Origin: Acidimicrobiia bacterium
Lineage (GTDB): Bacteria; Actinomycetota; Acidimicrobiia; UBA2766
Direction: 5' to 3'
Length of the DNA: 52,385 nucleotides
Assembly (NCBI GenBank): GCA_038904395.1
Contig: JBCKKC010000005.1
Span: 1 to 52,385, forward strand
In this document: piece after piece, positions 46,113-52,385 of the stretch
How the letters are laid out: the number at the start of each line of letters is the position of its first letter
How positions within the stretch are numbered: the stretch's first letter is position 1
The notes under the pieces: model-generated
Told to the model about the DNA's origin: nothing
What the model saw: only the letters and a program-made list of their open reading frames with translations
Database searches by the model: none
Program-made: the position numbers and the translations under genes

Positions 46113-49100
46113 ACGCTCCCAGCCAATCGAGCCTGGCCCAACGTCTTGCCGAACTCCCACCCAAACAGCGAGAACTGTTGAAAGAACGTATCCGTCAGTC
46201 TGATACATCATCGGCAAGGACCATTCCGCTTCGTGCCGGCAAGAGTGCCCCACTGTCATTCGCGCAGGAACGCCTCTGGTTCTTGGAGCAGATCGAGAAT
46301 GGATCGGTTCACCCAAACGATGCCATGTTGCTTCGGTTCGAAGGTGCCTTCGACCATGCAACATTCGATGCCAGCGTGCAAGAAATCATCAAACGCCACG
46401 AGATTTTGCGGACACGATTCGAGACAGACTCCAACGGGCTGCCCACGCAGACCACGCTGGGCTATGAAACACTCCAAATCCCAATTGTGGCCGTAGATCT
46501 TCCAGACCCTGCCGACGCTCAAGAGTTCGTCTTGCGCGAACTAGAAAAAGATCTTGAACAGCCACTCGATCTAGCAACCCCACCCCAGATGCGACTGACC
46601 ATCTACCGTCAGTCGCCCGAGTTGCATTTCGCTGCCATTACGATCCACCACATCATTTCAGACCTCTGGTCATTTGGAATTGTTATCCGTGAACTTACTG
46701 CGCTGTACGCTGCTTTCGCTCAAGGTAAGCCGAGTCCACTTCCGGCGCTGACGGTTCAGTATGGCGACTACGCCGCATGGCAACGTGCCCAAATGGCCGG
46801 ATCGAAGCTCGAAGAAGATCTTTCATATTGGAAACATAACCTCGAGGGCGCTCCGGCAGTACTTGACATTGCCCACCTTGATACGAATCGCCCCCCGCAA
46901 CGTTTCCAGGGGGCATCAAGTCATTTCACTGTGAACGCCGATGTGACCAAGCGAATCAAGAAGTGGAGCCATCAGAGCGGCTTCACACTGGCGATGACCC
47001 TGCTCGCGCTGTACAAAGCCGTCCTGAGCAAGCACGCCAATGAAACCGATGTTGTCGTTGGCATGCCCGTCGCGACACGGTCACCTCAACTTGAGGGGCT
47101 CCTAGGGTGCTTTCTCAACATGGTCGTGCTGCGCACCGACCTATCGGACAACCCATCTTTGAGCGATGCCGTCCAGCGCGTTAAAGACGCCTACTTGAAC
47201 GCTAGCGACCACCAAGACCTGCCTTTCGAACGTCTCGTAGCTGAGATCCAACCGCAACGGTCTCGGCTTCATCACCCTGTCTTTCAAGTGGCGTTTGCTC
47301 TACAGAACACCCCGCTTGAGCCATTTTCGGTTTCTGGGCTCACGATGACACACATCCAACCACCCAGTGGCCGATCACGCCTTGATCTGACGCTTCGAGT
47401 GACAGAAGTCAACGGCGAGTTAGATTGCGAACTTGAATATGACGTGGATATTTTCGAGCCCGGCAAGATCGCTCAGCTAGCTAAACATTTGCAGCACACC
47501 TTTGAGGCTGCAGCGGCGGATCCATCGACAGACATTCAAAACATGGCGCGACTGCCCGAAGATGAACGCTTCATGGTGCTGCAAGCCTGGAATGACACCT
47601 CAGTTGAATGGGATTCCGAGCTGCTTATTCACCGCATCTTTGAGGAACGCTGTGCGGTGACACCCAACGAAATAGCCGTGATCTCCGAAGGCGGATCAAT
47701 TACGTATGCGGAACTTAACGCCAAAGCAAATCAACTTGGGCGGTTTCTGCGGCATCTGGGCGTACGGCCAGAAGTGCCTGTAGGCGTATGCATGCGTCGA
47801 TCAATATCCGAGGTCACGGCAATACTCGCAATCCTCAAGGCCGGCGGCTACTACGTACCCGTCAATCCTGATGATTCTTCTGACCGCTGTGACGAAGTGC
47901 TTGATGACGTCCAGGCAGTCATCGTGCTGGCCGACACAAATATCGTTGACGACATTTTCGCACCGGGCCGTCGAATTGTCGATGTTGAAGCCGAATCCGA
48001 CACGATTGCGCAATTTGACACCCACAATCTCGATAATTTGAGTCTGCCCGACAACCTCGCGTACGTACTGTTCACGTCTGGGTCGACGGGGCAGCCAAAA
48101 GGAGTAGCGGTTCACCATCGAGGCTTCTGCAACCGCATTCTGTGGGGACAGCGAAACCATGCACTTGCCCCGGGCGACCGCGTGCTGCGCAAAGCGCCAT
48201 GTGTTTTTGATGTGTCTCTGGACGAACTCTTCCGAGCTTTATTCACCGGAGCGACCTCCGTTCTGGCAAAGCCGGCGGCGCACTTCGACCCTAATGAGCT
48301 ACTAGCGGAGATCAACAAATACGGGGTGACAGACCTTGACTTCTCACCCCCCGCCCTGCAAATCTTTCTCGACACCCTGGGCGACGGCAAATGTCCGTCT
48401 TTGCAGCGAGTTGTATCGGGCGTGGCTACACTGCCACCTGCCACGATGGCCGCTTTCCACGAAACAATTGGCACAAGGCTAGACAACCTCTACGGGCCGA
48501 CAGAGGTCTCGGTTTCGTGCACAGCCTGGAAGTGCACTCCCGACGACATGCCCGCTCGTGTTCCCATCGGCCGTCCCATGTCGAACGTGCGCATATATGT
48601 GCTCGATAAATATGGCGAACCCGCTCCAGTGGGAGTACCAGGAGAGATCTATGTCGGAGGAGCAGGAGTTGCCAGAGGCTACCACGGCCGCCCTGATCTG
48701 ACCGCAGAGCGATTCGTGCCCGACCCCTTCAGCAGCGGCGGAGGCGAACGTCTCTATCGAACCGGCGACATTGGCAAATTCACGTCGAGTGGTGACCTCA
48801 TCTTCTTGGGTCGATCTGATAATCAAATCAACATGCGCGGCCACCGAATTGAACCCGCCGAGTTGGAAGCCAGGTTGACCGAGCACCCTGACGTCGAGGC
48901 TGCCATCGTATTGCTCAAAACACGAGCCGACAAAGATACTTGCCTGTGTGCATACATTGTCGCAACCGACGGATCCGACCCCAGTCCCGCCACCTTACGA
49001 GCGCACATGCGACAACGTCTTCCCGAATATATGGTTCCGTCGGCCTATGTATCCATCGATGCCTTGCCTTTAACAAGAACGGGCAAGATTGACCACGCAA

Positions 49101-49381
49101 GCTTGCCCGATCCGGACCCTTCACTGGCTCGACACAATACCCGGACAATTGCACCCCGCAACGAAACTGAAGCTACTCTTGCGCAAATTTGGGGTGACGT
49201 GCTCGGCTGCCGTACCGTCGGCATTAGCGATGACTTTTTCGACATTGGTGGCGATTCTATCCTGGCAATTCGGGTTATGAAATTGGCATGTGACCAATTT
49301 GATATCGAGGTTGAGATCGCGGCACTCTTTGATTTCCCGACCATCGAAGAACTTGCCCCCTACTTTGAGGCGGCCAAGTGA
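46109..49381 (+). CDS. Single-module NRPS C-A-PCP
   Basis: LSFAQERLWF, HHIISD, FTSGSTGQPKG, YRTGD, IGGDSI; N-terminal helical docking-like segment. Confidence 0.95.
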   Translation: MNAPSQSSLAQRLAELPPKQRELLKERIRQSDTSSARTIPLRAGKSAPLSFAQERLWFLEQIENGSVHPNDAMLLRFEGAFDHATFDASVQEIIKRHEILRTRFETDSNGLPTQTTLGYETLQIPIVAVDLPDPADAQEFVLRELEKDLEQPLDLATPPQMRLTIYRQSPELHFAAITIHHIISDLWSFGIVIRELTALYAAFAQGKPSPLPALTVQYGDYAAWQRAQMAGSKLEEDLSYWKHNLEGAPAVLDIAHLDTNRPPQRFQGASSHFTVNADVTKRIKKWSHQSGFTLAMTLLALYKAVLSKHANETDVVVGMPVATRSPQLEGLLGCFLNMVVLRTDLSDNPSLSDAVQRVKDAYLNASDHQDLPFERLVAEIQPQRSRLHHPVFQVAFALQNTPLEPFSVSGLTMTHIQPPSGRSRLDLTLRVTEVNGELDCELEYDVDIFEPGKIAQLAKHLQHTFEAAAADPSTDIQNMARLPEDERFMVLQAWNDTSVEWDSELLIHRIFEERCAVTPNEIAVISEGGSITYAELNAKANQLGRFLRHLGVRPEVPVGVCMRRSISEVTAILAILKAGGYYVPVNPDDSSDRCDEVLDDVQAVIVLADTNIVDDIFAPGRRIVDVEAESDTIAQFDTHNLDNLSLPDNLAYVLFTSGSTGQPKGVAVHHRGFCNRILWGQRNHALAPGDRVLRKAPCVFDVSLDELFRALFTGATSVLAKPAAHFDPNELLAEINKYGVTDLDFSPPALQIFLDTLGDGKCPSLQRVVSGVATLPPATMAAFHETIGTRLDNLYGPTEVSVSCTAWKCTPDDMPARVPIGRPMSNVRIYVLDKYGEPAPVGVPGEIYVGGAGVARGYHGRPDLTAERFVPDPFSSGGGERLYRTGDIGKFTSSGDLIFLGRSDNQINMRGHRIEPAELEARLTEHPDVEAAIVLLKTRADKDTCLCAYIVATDGSDPSPATLRAHMRQRLPEYMVPSAYVSIDALPLTRTGKIDHASLPDPDPSLARHNTRTIAPRNETEATLAQIWGDVLGCRTVGISDDFFDIGGDSILAIRVMKLACDQFDIEVEIAALFDFPTIEELAPYFEAAK

Positions 49382-50745
49382 CGCCAGTTGAAACATCATT
49401 GCTGCTCGATAGACCAGATGAGTCACCTGCGGCTCCCGCTGAGACAAAACAAGGTGAGGATGCTCCTAGCGAACGGACATCGGGTGTGAGAGATGTATTT
49501 CGGATAGCGCGATTTCGGCTGCTTCTTGGCGCACGCACAATGTCGGTGCTAGGAAACGGCCTCGCCCCTGTGGCAATAGCGTTCGCTGTATTAGATCTGC
49601 GCGATTCTGGCGTCGCCCTCGGCCTAGTACTGGGCGTCCGTGCTCTGGTAACACTGCCTGGGCTGTTGCTAGGTGGCGTCTTGGCCGATCGCATGTCACG
49701 ATCGAAACTCATGGTCATAACCGACCTCATCGCCGGAATCTGCCAGATTGTGACTGCAATATTGTTCTTCTCTGGGCATGCGGCCATATGGAACGTGGCG
49801 TTGTTGCAAGGAATCAATGGTTTCGCGGCGGCAGTGTTCCTGCCCACTTCATCGGCAGTCATCCCCCAAGTGGTGCCATCTTCCCATTTACAGGCAGGCA
49901 ACGCCATCCTCGGATTCAGCATTAAGGGCTCCATGATGCTGGGGGCACTCCTGGGCGGAGCGCTCTATGCACTGGTTGGTCCCGGATGGACGCTCACAGT
50001 TGATGCCGCAACCTTCTTGATTAGCGCAGCAATCAGCATGCGCCTCCGTACTCCGCGCGTTCGAAACGTCAAGGACAGCAGCATGGCCTCGCTGCGCGAG
50101 GGATGGAAGGCGTTTTGGGCAAGAGATTGGCTGTGGAGCGTTGTTATTCAGTTCACGGTGGTAAACGCTGCGTTCATGGGAACAATGGAAGTTTTGGGGC
50201 CACTCATCGCTAAACACTCATTGCACGGTGCGTCCTCGTGGGCACTCGTACTGGCAGCCAACTCTATTGGCCTGCTGGGTGGCGGCATCATTTCGTTACG
50301 CTTGCGTACACGTCGTCCACTACGAACTGGCACATTCGCCACATTCCTCTTGGCCTTACCAATGCTTGCCCTCGTATCGACGCTCAACATGCCACTGCTC
50401 ATGCTTGCAGCCTTTGGAGCGGGCGTCGGCGCTGCCGTCTTCGTGGTCTTGTGGGATACGACCATGCAAAGCCATATCCCTAATGATCTGCTAGCGCGGG
50501 CCAGCGCTTTCGATGCGTTCGGATCGTTCGGGGCAGTACCAATTGCGATGGCTCTATATGGGGTCCTGTCTCGTGTAGTAGGAATCGATAGATTGCTGTG
50601 GATATCTGCTGTGCTAATCATTGTTGCTGGTGCGGCGGTGCTCCTTGTGCGTGACGTTCGAGAATTGCCACTGTCGCCTCATGCGGCACAAAACCTGACC
50701 GATCACATCGCTAGTCCTCAAGAAGTAATGCATGACGAATTCTAA
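49378..50745 (+). CDS. MFS transporter (likely exporter)
   Basis: About 12 hydrophobic segments, GGVLADRMSR motif; GTGA overlap with the NRPS stop. Confidence 0.92.
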   Translation: MTPVETSLLLDRPDESPAAPAETKQGEDAPSERTSGVRDVFRIARFRLLLGARTMSVLGNGLAPVAIAFAVLDLRDSGVALGLVLGVRALVTLPGLLLGGVLADRMSRSKLMVITDLIAGICQIVTAILFFSGHAAIWNVALLQGINGFAAAVFLPTSSAVIPQVVPSSHLQAGNAILGFSIKGSMMLGALLGGALYALVGPGWTLTVDAATFLISAAISMRLRTPRVRNVKDSSMASLREGWKAFWARDWLWSVVIQFTVVNAAFMGTMEVLGPLIAKHSLHGASSWALVLAANSIGLLGGGIISLRLRTRRPLRTGTFATFLLALPMLALVSTLNMPLLMLAAFGAGVGAAVFVVLWDTTMQSHIPNDLLARASAFDAFGSFGAVPIAMALYGVLSRVVGIDRLLWISAVLIIVAGAAVLLVRDVRELPLSPHAAQNLTDHIASPQEVMHDEF

Positions 50746-50768
50746 GGGCCTGCGATGGAATTAGTAGC

Positions 50769-50879
50769 GCGTTTGCGGCGAGGCCTGGACGGCTCTCGCA
50801 AGGCGCGACGACGATGCGTAGCTGGCACTACTCGAGGAGGAGGAACGCAGCGAGAGCCGCCCAGGGCCGTTGCAAACGC
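50769..50879. repeat. Structured intergenic palindromic element, copy 2
   Basis: gcgtttgc...ggctctcgc-AAGGCG...gtag/ctac-TCGAGGAG...AACGCA-gcgagagcc...gcaaacgc. Confidence 0.7.
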
Positions 50880-50950
50880 CTATGTTATTCCATCGCAGGC
50901 CCTAAGCACCAAATGCCAGGCCGGTGCCCCATCGACGATCGAGGTAACAA

Positions 50951-52385
50951 ATGACAACAAGCGGATACCAGGGAACGTCATCTTTGGAAATCCAGCCAAG
51001 CATTGCCGAATCTCCACTAGACCTCGTGGGCGACACACCTCTTGTTAGGCTCGGCAATATCGGCGTCAACTGCACTGCGCAAATAGTAGCGAAACTAGAA
51101 TTTCTCAATCCGGGCGGCAGCGTCAAGGACCGCACGGCCATCGCCATGATCGAGGATGCCGAGCGCTGCGGCAAACTCATCCCCGGAGTGAGCACGATCG
51201 TTGAAGCGACTTCAGGCAATACAGGGGTTGGCCTCGCCATGGCCGCCGCTCATCGTGGTTACCGCTGCATTTTCGTCATGAGCGACAAGATGAGCTCGGA
51301 AAAGACACAACTACTCGAAGCTCATGGCGCCGAAGTTGTGCTGTGTCCGACCGCTGTTGCGCCTGATGATCCAAGGTCGTACTATTCGAAGGCCGATCGA
51401 CTCGTGCAAGAAATCCCGCACGCGTTTAGGCCTGACCAATACTCAAATCCCGCCAATCCCATGGTGCATGAACTCACAACGGGACCCGAAATATGGAACC
51501 AGACAGCGGGCCGAATCACACATTTTGTGGCAGGCATAGGGACCGGCGGGACGATCACTGGAATAGGTCGCTACCTCAAGTTGTGCAATCCAGACATCCA
51601 GATCGTGGGAGTTGACGCCCAAAGTTCCCTCTTTTCAGGAGGCTCGGGACGCCCATACCTACTGGAAGGCATCGGCGAAGATTTTTGGCCAACGACATAT
51701 GACCCAAGCGTCGTCGACAAGATCATGCCCGTGACTGACGCCGAATCATTTGCCATGGCACGACGTATCGCCCGAGAAGAGGGCATCCTAGTTGGCGGAT
51801 CGTCTGGGGCCGCAATCCACGCTGCTCTAGAGATCGGAGCCAGCGTCGCCGGACTTGTTGTGGTGCTTGTGCCCGACTCGGGGCGCAACTACCTCTCAAA
51901 GATCTTCAACGATAAGTGGATGACCAGCATGGGATTTCTCAAACCAGGTATGGGGTCATCCGTGCCTTCGGTTGAGGATGTGCTGATTTGCACCTACGGA
52001 AACACTTGGCCTGCGTTTGTTTCGTTCCAGCCTGACGACACCATACGCAGCGCGATTGACCTATTTCAAAAAAGCGGGTTAACCGAAGCGCCCGTCGTCA
52101 CAACCACCGATAGTCCGCTGGTTGGCCACGAGATCATCGGCTCTGTTTCGCAGATCAGCATTGCTCATTCCCTGGTTGACAATAAGGTGAGTCTCGATCG
52201 ACCTGTGGGCGAAATCATGAACCCAGCCCTGCCTAGTGTCGGCATAGGCGAGTCGCTCGAGAGTGCACTCGAAGCTCTCGAGTGCAACAACACAGCTGTC
52301 GTCTTAGATGAAGGCAGAGGACGTACTCTCATTCGCCAAAGTGATATTCTGTCGTTCTTGACTGCGGCAACCGAGCCGTCAACGA
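50951..52385 (+). CDS. cbs: Cystathionine beta-synthase (PLP catalytic domain + CBS-domain-like C-terminus); 3'-partial, absent from the ORF track
   Basis: My translation from ATG 50951 (GAGG RBS) gives LVGDTPLV, KLEFLNPGGSVKDR, EATSGNTG, GTGGT, EGIGEDF and DSGRNYLSK. No stop seen before the window end. Confidence 0.9.
   Translation, partial: MTTSGYQGTSSLEIQPSIAESPLDLVGDTPLVRLGNIGVNCTAQIVAKLEFLNPGGSVKDRTAIAMIEDAERCGKLIPGVSTIVEATSGNTGVGLAMAAAHRGYRCIFVMSDKMSSEKTQLLEAHGAEVVLCPTAVAPDDPRSYYSKADRLVQEIPHAFRPDQYSNPANPMVHELTTGPEIWNQTAGRITHFVAGIGTGGTITGIGRYLKLCNPDIQIVGVDAQSSLFSGGSGRPYLLEGIGEDFWPTTYDPSVVDKIMPVTDAESFAMARRIAREEGILVGGSSGAAIHAALEIGASVAGLVVVLVPDSGRNYLSKIFNDKWMTSMGFLKPGMGSSVPSVEDVLICTYGNTWPAFVSFQPDDTIRSAIDLFQKSGLTEAPVVTTTDSPLVGHEIIGSVSQISIAHSLVDNKVSLDRPVGEIMNPALPSVGIGESLESALEALECNNTAVVLDEGRGRTLIRQSDILSFLTAATEPST

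Larger units (their letters stand above)
24461..50745. other. Hybrid NRPS/PKS biosynthetic gene cluster, two divergent arms
   Basis: Contiguous, partly overlapping NRPS, PKS, tailoring, PPTase, MbtH and transporter genes diverging from 42948-43377. Confidence 0.92.

Noticed and set aside
24461-50745. Calling the product a siderophore
   Set aside because: No iron-uptake genes, ornithine/lysine N-hydroxylase, catechol genes or recognisable iron-box seen in the window; not excluded but unsupported

Overview
High-GC bacterial window; gene content suggests an actinobacterium, possibly Acidimicrobiia-like (inference). It has three parts. (1) 1-21.4 kb is an accessory region. It holds three large beta-propeller/repeat proteins (a subtilase-NHL protease, a delta-60 repeat protein, and an NHL protein with a toxin-like C-terminal tip), a HicAB-like TA pair, and an IS200/IS605 element with an internally deleted tnpB plus IS3 and ISL3 remnants. 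It also holds a bicarbonate module: a single-chain DabB-DabA pump and PII-like protein, divergent from purE-purK and a wHTH regulator. Most of this region lies between the intact 3' end of a SpoIIM-family gene and a diverged 141-bp copy of that end, an att-like scar. (2) 21.4-24.5 kb holds core-like genes (SpoIIM family, RDD, GalT family). (3) 24.5-50.7 kb is a divergently arranged hybrid NRPS/PKS cluster with unusual parts: FAAL-ACP-C-A-MT-PCP with a beta-amino-acid-type pocket; a KS with both catalytic His replaced by Asn next to a dead AT; an NRPS with an N-terminal CocE/NonD hydrolase; LLM and PhyH oxygenases; an aminotransferase with an acylating aldehyde dehydrogenase; PPTase, MbtH and MFS genes. 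A cystathionine beta-synthase follows and runs off the right edge. Two families of palindromic repeats are dispersed through the window, one copy lying inside an NRPS linker. No rRNA, tRNA or CRISPR array was seen. All family calls come from motif recognition by eye; no database searches were run.
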